A stretch of DNA of 64,000 nt from an uncultured Verrucomicrobiota bacterium (lineage in GTDB: Bacteria; Verrucomicrobiota; Verrucomicrobiia; Limisphaerales; JADLHS01): assembly GCA_903828255.1 (NCBI GenBank), contig CAIKLQ010000501.1, positions 9,491-73,490 of the forward strand, written 5' to 3'. Positions 8,785-18,032 of the stretch are shown here, piece after piece. How positions within the stretch are numbered: position 1 is the stretch's first letter; every line of letters starts with the position of its first letter. Under the pieces are notes generated by a model, which was not told the DNA's origin, made no database searches, and saw only the letters and a program-made list of their open reading frames with translations. A program made the position numbers and the translations under genes.

Positions 8785-10589
8785 GTGCGTTGCCCAGAGT
8801 GCTGGTCATTGATGACGATCTTGGACGCCCCTTTAAGCGGTCAAACGGGGACGCTCCGGTATTGGAGAATCCAGATCGTGAGGCGTTTTGCATTCGCGCC
8901 GGCCTCCAGGACGTGACGGGCGACATTCCAGCCGAGAAGATCAATGAACCCGTGGCCGAGGCGGTATTCCTTTCCGGTCTCCGGATTGATGACGGCAAAG
9001 CGGAACAAGCCGTGACGGAAACGCTGGCCGAAATTCGTCGTGGGTGGGAGAAATCGCCGCGATGGGCGCTGATACTACTCGACCTCCATTTCAAGACCGG
9101 CCCCCTCAAATCGGGCGGTATTCCAGCCGGGCGTCCAGAGGACCGCGATCCGCAACGGTATTTTGGGCTGACGTTGCTTGAAGCCATTTCCAAGGAAGCA
9201 CAGTTGCAAGGACTGCCGGTCGTAATTCTCTCCGCGATGGAGCGGGAACGAATTGAGGAGCGATTCTCCAAGGCTGCCAGTGACTTCGTAGATAAGAGCA
9301 AAATCAACCGGGACAAGCTAGGCGAACTGCTGCTTGAACACGGCCTTTTGGCTGATGATCGCATCATCGGCGTCTCTGTGCCGATGTTAACCTGTCTTCG
9401 CGATGCCAGAAGTCGGGCGCGACGTGGTAGCGACAACATCCTCCTCTTGGGAGAAAGCGGATCGGGCAAGGAATTGGTCGCGAATTACATCCACCGCCAA
9501 TCACCAAACGCTTCCGGTCCATACATAACAGTCTTCGTTTCGGCGATACCCGACTCGTTGATTGAAGACGAGCTTTTCGGGCATGAGAAAGGGGCGTTTA
9601 CGGACGGAAAGGCGGCGCGTTTCGGTGCCGCCAAGCTCGCAAACGGAGGAACCCTTTTCCTCGATGAATTTGCGGACATTTCGCCAGCGGTTCAAACGAA
9701 GTTATTGAGACTTTTGGACAAGAACACTCGCGAGGTCAGAGCCATCGGGAGCGGCAAAGGGGAGAAGATCAAGTTGCAGGTTGTCATGGCCACCAACCGG
9801 ATTGAATTGCTGAATGGCGATGATTTTCGAGCCGACCTTCTAGCGCGGGTTAAAGTAAACGAACCCATTTGCGTCCCCCCGCTGCGCGAGCGGAAGGAGG
9901 ATATTCGCCCGCTGGCGCTACACTTCGTCCAAAAATTCGAGACGGAGTTTAAGGCGCAAAAACGCAAGATTTCAGATTCGGCCTGGTCTGCGCTTATGGA
10001 CCACGATTGGCCAGACAATGTTCGCGGACTTGAGCGGGTCATTGAGCAGGCGGTTTACAAAGGAAAGGGACTCCGTGCCCTAATGCCAGAGCATTTGAGC
10101 ATTACCCCGAGGGTTTCGCTCCCGGTCGTCTCGGGGCGGCGAAACAGAGCAACAAAGGAGGAGAATACGCCGCCATCCACGGGGGCCAGTCCGACCGCTG
10201 AGGCTCAGCAGAAGTCGCCGCCAAGACTGAAGGACGTAATCGCATTGCTTGAAGCGTGTGAGGTGGATGCAAACGGCACGGATGAATGGGCTGGCAAGTT
10301 GGATACATTGCAGGAGTCGTATGGCCTGTTGCTTGCCAAACTCGTGAAAGCGGCCCTGTTGAAGGAGCGCAATTTCAAAGGCGAAATCCAGCATACGCCG
10401 GCGATGAGACTTCTCGCAGGGCGACGGTTGGCGGAAAAGGGTGAAGCATCCATTGCTTACAGCGCCATCAAGAGCCTGTTAAGTCATCACCCCCCCGCAT
10501 TGGCAGAAATACTTTCGGACCCCATTTTGAAGCAGATTTACGAAACTGCGTGCGAAAAGCGGTCTGCCAAAAAGCCCAAGGTTTCGTGA
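8781..10589 (+). CDS. Sigma-54 enhancer-binding protein (REC + AAA+, NtrC-like)
   Basis: REC 'VLVIDDD/LILLDLHF/VVILSA/FVDK'; Walker A 'GESGSGKE'; 'ELFGHEKGAFTDG'; Walker B 'LFLDE'; 'FRADL', 'PPLRERKEDI', 'WPDNVRGL'. Confidence 0.92.
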   Translation: MSALPRVLVIDDDLGRPFKRSNGDAPVLENPDREAFCIRAGLQDVTGDIPAEKINEPVAEAVFLSGLRIDDGKAEQAVTETLAEIRRGWEKSPRWALILLDLHFKTGPLKSGGIPAGRPEDRDPQRYFGLTLLEAISKEAQLQGLPVVILSAMERERIEERFSKAASDFVDKSKINRDKLGELLLEHGLLADDRIIGVSVPMLTCLRDARSRARRGSDNILLLGESGSGKELVANYIHRQSPNASGPYITVFVSAIPDSLIEDELFGHEKGAFTDGKAARFGAAKLANGGTLFLDEFADISPAVQTKLLRLLDKNTREVRAIGSGKGEKIKLQVVMATNRIELLNGDDFRADLLARVKVNEPICVPPLRERKEDIRPLALHFVQKFETEFKAQKRKISDSAWSALMDHDWPDNVRGLERVIEQAVYKGKGLRALMPEHLSITPRVSLPVVSGRRNRATKEENTPPSTGASPTAEAQQKSPPRLKDVIALLEACEVDANGTDEWAGKLDTLQESYGLLLAKLVKAALLKERNFKGEIQHTPAMRLLAGRRLAEKGEASIAYSAIKSLLSHHPPALAEILSDPILKQIYETACEKRSAKKPKVS

Positions 10590-10602
10590 CTCCAGTTTCA
10601 TA

Positions 10603-10621
10603 TTGGCAGCGTGTCTGCCAA
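10603..10621 (+). promoter_or_regulatory. Candidate sigma-54 -24/-12 promoter within a perfect inverted repeat
   Basis: TTGGCAG-CGTGT-CTGCCAA: GG(10605-6)-N10-GC(10617-8), 22 nt upstream of the ATG at 10641. Confidence 0.4.
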
Positions 10622-10640
10622 CCGGGTTGAATGCATTTCC

Positions 10641-13355
10641 ATGAAAGCGTGTCGCGTTGAGATTGCACGCGCTTCAACAAGCGCCGAAGAGCCAGAGTGC
10701 ATTACTTTGGCGTTGCAGGCTTTTTTCGGTCTTTTCACTCATGACAGCAGGATCGGGGAGTTTCCGTCGAACCTCATCCAGAAGGATGCAGAGCAAAAGC
10801 GGCTGATAGTTGTTCCTTCCACGCATGAATCCACACTGAATGCAATGATGGAGGAATTGCTGGTCCGTGCCTATGGTGAGCCCCCAAAAGCCATGCAAAT
10901 TGGGGCTGGGCACACCCGGTTGATCCTTGTCCGTCTTCATAATGCATCGCCTCGATTTGAAAACCTCGCCCAAATTTACAGGAAGATAGGAATCGCCGAA
11001 GTGGTGGAATTGGAGCAATTGCCTCTCATCTTCAAATTGGTCCACCTTGCGGGCGACAGCCAGGGCGTGCCGGAAAGCAAAGACATTACCCGTCCCTCAG
11101 AACTCCAAGAGGTGATTGAGACATCTGCCTTTCCCTCTGGAGCCGCTGAGATTATGGAGAGTCTTTTTCGCGACCCAAGTCTTTTGCACTCGACTTCAAG
11201 ATTCTTGAGGAAGTCGTCTGTAACTGATGGAGGTTCGCCACAACCGAAAGATGTTTGGCCTCATCAGGGGGAAGCGCCGGTGAGATTGCTCTTCGGTGCG
11301 TTTACGGCAGGTGATGTGGGAAAGAACGAGTTCCTCCAAGCATTGCAGACTATTCGAATGGGATTTGACGAGGCTAACAGTCAGAAATGGAAACTGCAGC
11401 TCGGTGAAGTTTCAGATTGGGCGGAAAATGTCCTCACGCGCAAAACGGCATACCAACAGAACCCGCACCAGCTTGATGCTCTATCGACCTATTTATCTGG
11501 CCGCCGCATTTTGCTTATCGAAGATCAACTTCTGGAGCAGCACTGGAACGTAGCACTGCCGGTGATCTTTGGACTGAAAGGAATCCTTCCGAGGAGAGGG
11601 AAACTCAACGGCCTTGGAGGACCGATACTTTATCACGCTGAGACAGTGGATGACGCTCTGAGACGCTATGGTGAGATGATTGGCTCCTTCGACATTATCC
11701 TGTTAGACTTGTTCTCAAGCGAAGCTCGTCTCACTCGGACACGGCAATTGAAAGGCGCATTACTATCCACCATTGGGGCATCTGTTAACCGACTGGTGAC
11801 TGAGTTGGAGAAAGTGCGCGACAAAAGGGCGGTCTGTCCAAATCCTTTTCCGCAACTCGTTGCGTTTTCGTATGAGGGAGGAGGAACTACGGTAAGGACG
11901 ATTCTTCAGGACTTCGGAGCGGCCGACTATTTTATCAAGGGTGCAGAGGGGGAACCGCACAAGGCCGAGTTCTATTCATCCCTGCGCAATTGTGTGATAA
12001 ACGCACTGAAGCGCATGTGCATCCACGTAACCGGGCACGCAAATGTTTGCCACAAGGATAGCCGATTCAATCTATGGTTGAGACAATTCAAACCGCAACA
12101 TCGCCCGCTGGTGCTCAATCTCATGAAGCACTTTCGATATTACAGTGCGCAAAGCATCGTAAAGCTATTCAATCGTTATCTTCGTGCTGAGTATCCCATA
12201 GACACCCGAGGCAAAACCTTGAGGTTGACGATCGCAAATTTGGGAATAAAGCGGGTGTCTTCCCATAAAGTATGGATTTCCTATCTAGGTCGGTCCACCA
12301 AATCGGGGCCGGCTGCGTTGTCGCTGCTATCTAAGCTGGATTGGCTGAGACCCATGTCTGTCGAGGCGGCAAAACTGATAGAAGCCGTGAAAGCGTTACC
12401 CGGGTTGACCAAGGGAAAACAAATTGGCGATTATATGCCCCAATTCAAGAGCTACGAGGAATTGTGCACGGGCTTCTCTGGAAAACTACTCGGAGGCAAG
12501 GTGACGGAGTTGATTTTGGTAGATGATGTGATCGGATCTGGTGGCCAGATTGATTCCTACCTCCGAAAATGGCTCAATCGGGATTTGCTTAAAGCGCACT
12601 GGAGGGAATTCTTGATGCGATATCTGGCCCGCAACCCGAAAAAGAAGATGGACGCCACAACCAAAGCCAAACTGTGGGAGGCATTTCAAAAAGACTGGCA
12701 AAGAGTGATAGAAAAGTTGAAGGGAGTGGCGGGGGGCAAGCGCGTTCGGATTAGCGCTGTTTTTGCCGTTGGTCCCGAGAATGCCCAACTTCGACGACGG
12801 ATTCGTGCAACGATTAACAGGTCGACGGGTTCAATGACGGGTAGCATCTCGGTGCCCATGTGCCTCAATCTTGTTCGTTCGGTGGGGGACGGCAGGAAAC
12901 TTGACGACTGTCATCCAACGGAATGGGATGTGTATCCCGGACACACAAAAATGCCCGGTGCTTGTGGGGGAGAGGTTGTGCTGAACATCCATGTTATCGA
13001 GGTCAGTGCAAACTATACCCAGGCATGTGGAAAGAGCGGTATTAGTAGCCCGACCATAAAAAGGATGTTGTGGGATTATGTTGGAATAACAAATCCAAGG
13101 GCGAAGGAATTCCGCTGTAATTTTGAACCATTCGGATGGAAGGACGGAGGAGGGCTGATTGCGACCTATGCGAACACTCCGGGCAACACTTTGCCAATCG
13201 TATGGGGTGACCAAGGAACTAGCCCTTGGATTCCCTTGTGGCCAAGGTTCTTTAATCCGTGGGATGATGGCGGAGCAGAATCTCTCAAGTGCTGCTGTGG
13301 CAGGCGAGGCCGGCAACGCATCTGCGAAAGTGCTGCTAAAAAGTCTGTGCAATGA
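10641..13355 (+). CDS. REC domain fused to a PRTase-CE-like phosphoribosyltransferase effector (ORF track start 10611 GTG; ATG 10641 preferred)
   Basis: REC 'ILLIEDQ/IILLDLF/LVAFS/YFIKG'. PRTase-CE-type motifs 'WLRQF', 'TKSG', PRPP loop 'LVDDVIGSGGQ' and C-terminal 'PFGW...NTPGNTLPIVW...WIPLWPR'. Confidence 0.75.
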   Translation: MKACRVEIARASTSAEEPECITLALQAFFGLFTHDSRIGEFPSNLIQKDAEQKRLIVVPSTHESTLNAMMEELLVRAYGEPPKAMQIGAGHTRLILVRLHNASPRFENLAQIYRKIGIAEVVELEQLPLIFKLVHLAGDSQGVPESKDITRPSELQEVIETSAFPSGAAEIMESLFRDPSLLHSTSRFLRKSSVTDGGSPQPKDVWPHQGEAPVRLLFGAFTAGDVGKNEFLQALQTIRMGFDEANSQKWKLQLGEVSDWAENVLTRKTAYQQNPHQLDALSTYLSGRRILLIEDQLLEQHWNVALPVIFGLKGILPRRGKLNGLGGPILYHAETVDDALRRYGEMIGSFDIILLDLFSSEARLTRTRQLKGALLSTIGASVNRLVTELEKVRDKRAVCPNPFPQLVAFSYEGGGTTVRTILQDFGAADYFIKGAEGEPHKAEFYSSLRNCVINALKRMCIHVTGHANVCHKDSRFNLWLRQFKPQHRPLVLNLMKHFRYYSAQSIVKLFNRYLRAEYPIDTRGKTLRLTIANLGIKRVSSHKVWISYLGRSTKSGPAALSLLSKLDWLRPMSVEAAKLIEAVKALPGLTKGKQIGDYMPQFKSYEELCTGFSGKLLGGKVTELILVDDVIGSGGQIDSYLRKWLNRDLLKAHWREFLMRYLARNPKKKMDATTKAKLWEAFQKDWQRVIEKLKGVAGGKRVRISAVFAVGPENAQLRRRIRATINRSTGSMTGSISVPMCLNLVRSVGDGRKLDDCHPTEWDVYPGHTKMPGACGGEVVLNIHVIEVSANYTQACGKSGISSPTIKRMLWDYVGITNPRAKEFRCNFEPFGWKDGGGLIATYANTPGNTLPIVWGDQGTSPWIPLWPRFFNPWDDGGAESLKCCCGRRGRQRICESAAKKSVQ

Positions 13356-13360
13356 AGGCG

Positions 13361-14791
13361 CTAGTTCTGGAGGAGGTCGCGTAGTGATATTTCTTGCCAG
13401 TAGGAGCTTTGCCGACGTTGCGCGAGGCTGTTGTCAGCCCCTTGATTGCCGCGATTCAGGTTGAACTCGAAAGACTTGTCTACCGTTTTGCCGTTCCATT
13501 GGATTCGCACGATGCCTTTCACGCTGCCTTTGGTGTCGAACATGTTTAGCCACACCGATACATCTTCGAGACGGGCATGCTTGACCTCGACGTATTCCCA
13601 ACTTGCCGTCCAGTCGCCACTTCGTCCCTGTGGCCCGGCGTGGCGGATGTCGCGGAAATACACGGCATCCGTGGCCTCCGCGCGACGCCAGAACACTTCA
13701 GGTGCGCCGGGACGGGCGGCGACATAGAGATCAACGTCGGCTGTGGATGCCGCGTGTGCCGAGGCCTCCCAAAGAGCGGCAATCCCGATGCGTCCGGCTG
13801 GCGTCCTGGGAATCTCCGTGACGGCTTTCGCAATCGCGGCGGATTCCACCTTTGGGCTGGATACGGGTGGGGCAATGGCTACCGGGGCATTTGTCGGAAC
13901 TGCGACCGGGCGGTTGGGTGTTACGGCGGGCGGGACATTGATGCGCGATTCCACTCTGGGTGCATTCTCACGCCGGAAGATCGGCGGGGGGCGCATGACC
14001 AAACCCTGGTCGTTCGGGTCCAGTGTCGCAGTCAAAACGGGCGATGCCTCACCTTGCGCGGCCCGCTCGAACACGCGGGCAATGTCACTGCCGAACGTGC
14101 TCAACGTAGCGCCCTGCTCCGCGATAAACACCGACCAAAACCGCGTGACAGCGCGGCGGTGCATTTCCCCGACGGCCCAATCGTCTGAAGGCGTCAACCA
14201 GTGAACGGTTGTGTTCTGCAACTGCCCTTTGCGCTCCTTGGAGCCGAACAAAGACTCGGTGACGGATGCGGCGACCATGCCGTCGCTCGGCGTCAGCCCT
14301 TTCTCCATGTCAAAAGCAGCCTCGCGCTCATTAGATGCGAGATAGAGCGGTGATCCGATCACAATCACCGCAAGTTTTTCCTGGCCCTGACGAGCGCGGA
14401 CGACTCCATCGAGAAGTTGAGGCAGGCGGAGTTGCGTCGCCTGACGCAAATCTGCGGCCGTGGGCGTTTTCAGGAATTGGACCAAGCCAACGAACTTGCC
14501 GGCATATTCACGGCTGTTGGCGCGGGCGCGTGCCGTTCCTTCTGGCACAACCACCAATGCGAGGCGATTGCCTTGTGGCGCGGCAAGGAACTCAACTCGA
14601 TCACCCGGTTGGGCACGATTCAAGAGCAAGTCCATGCTCTGCTTGAAAGCGTCCTGGCTTTGATTCGACGAAAGTCCACCACAGATTGCGACCACGTAGT
14701 GGCGTGGCGCTTCCCCAGCGGGCGCGGCGCTCACAATCAAGGCGGTCGCAAATGTGATGACGGCAACGAGGATGGATTGGATGGTTTTCAT
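13361..14791 (-). CDS. Secreted protein: signal peptide, vWA-like alpha/beta domain, Pro/Ala linker, YfaP/DUF2135-like beta domain
   Basis: Start ATG 14791 overlaps the upstream TGA; signal peptide 'MKTIQSILVAVITFATALIVSAA'; linker 'PPAVTPNRPVAVPTNAPVAIAPP'; 'ALW...ADVDLYV..RPG'. Confidence 0.6.
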   Translation of the reverse strand: MKTIQSILVAVITFATALIVSAAPAGEAPRHYVVAICGGLSSNQSQDAFKQSMDLLLNRAQPGDRVEFLAAPQGNRLALVVVPEGTARARANSREYAGKFVGLVQFLKTPTAADLRQATQLRLPQLLDGVVRARQGQEKLAVIVIGSPLYLASNEREAAFDMEKGLTPSDGMVAASVTESLFGSKERKGQLQNTTVHWLTPSDDWAVGEMHRRAVTRFWSVFIAEQGATLSTFGSDIARVFERAAQGEASPVLTATLDPNDQGLVMRPPPIFRRENAPRVESRINVPPAVTPNRPVAVPTNAPVAIAPPVSSPKVESAAIAKAVTEIPRTPAGRIGIAALWEASAHAASTADVDLYVAARPGAPEVFWRRAEATDAVYFRDIRHAGPQGRSGDWTASWEYVEVKHARLEDVSVWLNMFDTKGSVKGIVRIQWNGKTVDKSFEFNLNRGNQGADNSLAQRRQSSYWQEISLRDLLQN

Positions 14792-16011
14792 GATTTGGGT
14801 TTGTTGTTCTTGTCGTCGAGGAATTGGTTTAGAAGTTCGCTGGTCTTGCGAGAACGCTCGGACTCCGCTGCGGCGAGGCGATACAACTCCACGGCGCGGG
14901 TGACGAGCTGGTTGCGCTTGGCTTCGATAATTACCAGTTTGCCTTGGAACAGGCCGACCTTCTCGCGTTCCTCGCGAAGCCCGAAAGCCTGCTTGTCCAA
15001 ATCCGTTTTGACGCGCGTCCACATGGGGTTTTCGGCACGCACGGACGGGCGATGGCGTTCCACAATTTGGGTCGCCGTAAGCCACATTGCTCCGGCGACG
15101 AGGTTGCCAACCAAAAGTTGTAGCGCGAACGTCCACCAAGAGTTTGAACCGTGCGACACCGCGTCAAGCGATGCCATTGACGCGAGCGGGTCGGCTGTGA
15201 TGCGCGAGTAGGTCTGCGCAAAGATCGGGACGGCCGCTGCCAGTGACACCATTGCCAGCGTGAATACGACGAACGCGTAACGGCGGCGGGCAAAGTCCGT
15301 ATCTAACCAGTTTGCCAGCGACTTGATCAGGAAAGCCCCACCGACAATTACCGACAGGTTGAACATCGCGGCTCTCCAGTAGTGTCCGCGAAAAGCCTCA
15401 ATGCCGCTCTCCAGCAGAGTGACTGCGGCACTGTTGATGTCCACCCACAGCAAGAGAAAGCTGAACACCACAATTCCCACCAACTGTGCCGCGTTCCACC
15501 AAGTCCACGGTTGTTGCGATTGGCGCTCGACTTCGATGTAGCGGTCGGTGCGTGTGAGGCGCGCAGTAAGTTCGCGCAGATGGGCTTCCCCACTGCGGAC
15601 ATTCGCCGCCATGTCCTGCAATACCTGACGGAGAACCCCCTCCATATCCGCCCAAATGGAGTTGAACTTCGCAATATGGTGATCGCGCACTACGGCTTCA
15701 CCGCTGCCGTTCCACGCGGCGGAGAGGATCACGTCTTTGTCGGGGTGGATTTCCGGGCGATCCTTCTTCGTTACCCAATAGTCCATCCGGCTGCTGATGA
15801 ACGGGCCAGGGGCTGCATCAACTTCCGCGTGGTGCGCACCGTTGCCGTTGTGCCCCGCGCCATTCACCGAGACCGGCCCTGACGAAACAGGAGTCGGTTT
15901 CGCTGCCCCGTTCCCATTGTGGCCGTTCGCGCCATTGTGCGCCGGGAGCGAGATGTTTTGCTCGGGCAATGCGCCGTCCTGCTTCGGGGTGATGTTGCGG
16001 TTTGTCTTCAT
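14788..16011 (-). CDS. Multi-pass membrane protein flanked by coiled coils (407 aa)
   Basis: About four hydrophobic segments. Start ATG 16011 has AAGGA and a sigma-54-like promoter directly upstream. N-terminal GHNGNGA repeats. Confidence 0.7.
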   Translation of the reverse strand: MKTNRNITPKQDGALPEQNISLPAHNGANGHNGNGAAKPTPVSSGPVSVNGAGHNGNGAHHAEVDAAPGPFISSRMDYWVTKKDRPEIHPDKDVILSAAWNGSGEAVVRDHHIAKFNSIWADMEGVLRQVLQDMAANVRSGEAHLRELTARLTRTDRYIEVERQSQQPWTWWNAAQLVGIVVFSFLLLWVDINSAAVTLLESGIEAFRGHYWRAAMFNLSVIVGGAFLIKSLANWLDTDFARRRYAFVVFTLAMVSLAAAVPIFAQTYSRITADPLASMASLDAVSHGSNSWWTFALQLLVGNLVAGAMWLTATQIVERHRPSVRAENPMWTRVKTDLDKQAFGLREEREKVGLFQGKLVIIEAKRNQLVTRAVELYRLAAAESERSRKTSELLNQFLDDKNNKPKS

Positions 16012-16024
16012 GCTTTCCTTTACA

Positions 16025-16041
16025 AGCGGCGGTGTTGCCAA
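16025..16041 (-). promoter_or_regulatory. Sigma-54-type promoter with variant -12
   Basis: TTGGCAACACCGCCGCT, GG-N10-GC; the -12 C is 15 nt from ATG 16011. Confidence 0.7.
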
Positions 16042-16159
16042 TGTTTCGTCGCCCGGAATTGGATTGATACGTTGGAGTTTTTGACCCGCCGCAGGCGCAT
16101 TGGATATTTCCGGTTGCAGATTCGCTACCAGGAGGTGTTTTTGCCGCACTTCGTCTCCG

Positions 16160-17815
16160 CTACTTGTCGAGTTCTTCAAGCAGCGTCACGCTATTAGCGA
16201 ACGCGCTGCCGAGGGTCTTGTAGCGTTCAGCCAGGCCACGGCGGTCTTCCGTGTTGATGCGATAATCGCGGTGCGCCGCCTGCAAATGCTCCGCCGTCAT
16301 TGCGTCCACGGTGTCGTCGAAGAAGTTTTGCTTGGCGCGAGTCACCATTTCCTCAAGGTCCGCTCCACTGTAGAACTCGCTTTCCGCCGCAATTTTTGAA
16401 ATCACGGGACGGATTGCATCCTCCGCCATGACAGGTTTAGGCCGACGGCCGATCAAACCAAGGTGCATTTCCAAAATCTGTTGCCGGGCCTGCTGATTGG
16501 GATAAAGAAACGGGATGACGTAACTGAACCTCCCGGGACGCAGGAACGCGGGGTCAAGGTCGCCCGGCACATTGGTCGTGCCGACGATGATGGACTTGCG
16601 GTTGGCATCGCCGAGCCATTCCAGCATTTGAGCGAATACCCTGCTCGTCTCCTGTGAGGCGCTGTCGCCCTGGCCCGACTTCCTGCTGCCGAACCGATCA
16701 ATCTCGTCCACAAACACAATGGCAGGCGATGCCTGTTCTACCATGTGAATCGCATCTCTCACTCGCTGGCCGGACTCGCCGAGATATTTTGAAAACAGGT
16801 TCTCCGTCTTGAGGTTGATAAACGGTAGATTCGTTTCTCTGGCGAGGGCCTTGGCAAAAAGTGTCTTGCCTGTGCCCGGCGGGCCAAAAATGAGAATTCC
16901 GCGCGGTAGCGGAAGTGCGGCTCGCACAGCTCGTTCCCGCTGTTGAAGCGCCCGCACAAGATTGCGCTGAACCATCCGCTTGACGCCGTTGTAGCCACCC
17001 ACGTCGTCGAAGCCGACCGATGGGTCTTCGATTTCTAGTATGTCGGAACGGCGGATGAAGTCGGCTTTGAACTTCTTCACCGTTTCCAAATCAACCCCAT
17101 CGCGCCTGCCAGCCTTGGCGGCGCGATAGGCTTTGTAGATGACGACATCCGTCTGGTGAAGCGTGAGGCCGGCGGTGGCGAGAGTGAGCGCGTTCAGTTC
17201 CTGCTCCGCAAGGCGAACTCCTGATTTCCGCGCGAACGCGCAGATGATTTCCCTTCTTTCGGCATCGCTGGCCAGTTCGGGCCGGGCCAGAACGCTCATC
17301 CCCAATGTCACTTCATCCATCGCGAGCAAGGGGCGGGATGTCACCCAGCACACCACGGATTTCTTGGCGAGAATGTCGCCGTCCTGTGCCCAAGAGCGCA
17401 CCGCGTTCAAGGCGTCCAAGTTCTTGACCGAGTTGCCCTCCGGCTGATCGAGGCCGGATAGAATCAATGCGGTCTTCTCGCGCTTCAACTGGCTGTCCAT
17501 GAATTTGAGCGCGCCTTGCAGGTCTTTTAGTTCGTTTTCAAGGCCAGCGCCGTAGTTGGAATCCACCGGAGCAGTCACAGCGGCAAAGTTGTCACGCTTC
17601 GTTTCCCACTTCTCCAACCCTTTCCAAGGATGGAAACGATAGACATGCTGTCCGAAAAGGCTGACGAGGTATTTCTCCAATTGTCGATTACGGTGAAAGT
17701 CAACGGTCTGCGCGGTCACGACTGCAGAGGCGCTGCAAAGGACTTCCATCATGGCGTTCTCCAGCCAACGGATGTCGAATGTCGGGGTGTTGGATTCGGG
17801 TTGTGACAGTGCCAT
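16160..17815 (-). CDS. Ycf46-like AAA+ ATPase (inactive N-terminal AAA-like half plus active C-terminal AAA)
   Basis: 'FDDVGG', 'PRGILIFGPPGTGKT', 'VFVDEID', 'LDPAFLRPGRF', 'YSGADLE'; start ATG 17815 chosen from the promoter position. Confidence 0.85.
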   Translation of the reverse strand: MALSQPESNTPTFDIRWLENAMMEVLCSASAVVTAQTVDFHRNRQLEKYLVSLFGQHVYRFHPWKGLEKWETKRDNFAAVTAPVDSNYGAGLENELKDLQGALKFMDSQLKREKTALILSGLDQPEGNSVKNLDALNAVRSWAQDGDILAKKSVVCWVTSRPLLAMDEVTLGMSVLARPELASDAERREIICAFARKSGVRLAEQELNALTLATAGLTLHQTDVVIYKAYRAAKAGRRDGVDLETVKKFKADFIRRSDILEIEDPSVGFDDVGGYNGVKRMVQRNLVRALQQRERAVRAALPLPRGILIFGPPGTGKTLFAKALARETNLPFINLKTENLFSKYLGESGQRVRDAIHMVEQASPAIVFVDEIDRFGSRKSGQGDSASQETSRVFAQMLEWLGDANRKSIIVGTTNVPGDLDPAFLRPGRFSYVIPFLYPNQQARQQILEMHLGLIGRRPKPVMAEDAIRPVISKIAAESEFYSGADLEEMVTRAKQNFFDDTVDAMTAEHLQAAHRDYRINTEDRRGLAERYKTLGSAFANSVTLLEELDK

Positions 17816-17828
17816 ACAAAAGGAAGGG

Positions 17829-17845
17829 AGCGGCGGAAGTGCCAA
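17829..17845 (-). promoter_or_regulatory. Sigma-54-type promoter with variant -12
   Basis: TTGGCACTTCCGCCGCT; the -12 C is 15 nt from ATG 17815. Confidence 0.7.
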
Positions 17846-18032
17846 TTCGCATCGCGCAATCAGTTGGATTCTCAGAAACGGTGATTCTCGTGTTGTGCCA
17901 GTGAGCTATGACACAAACTTAAAGACGTAGTTATTTATAGTCGCTTCAAACGTGAGCCACGTTCACGTTTGGCAGCCGCTGAGGGGCTAAAAGGTCTTGG
18001 GGTCGAAGGGGGTTCAATTCCAGAAAAACGGA

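Noticed and set aside
14792-15139. N-terminal extensions in the ORF track (also 16012-16179, 25951-26139, 30097-30285, 30708-30851, 39591-39656)
   Set aside because: They overlap neighbouring genes or promoters; downstream coupled or promoter-proximal starts fit better.
17885-17900. TGGCAC (minus strand) upstream of the AAA gene
   Set aside because: No GC at the required N10 spacing.
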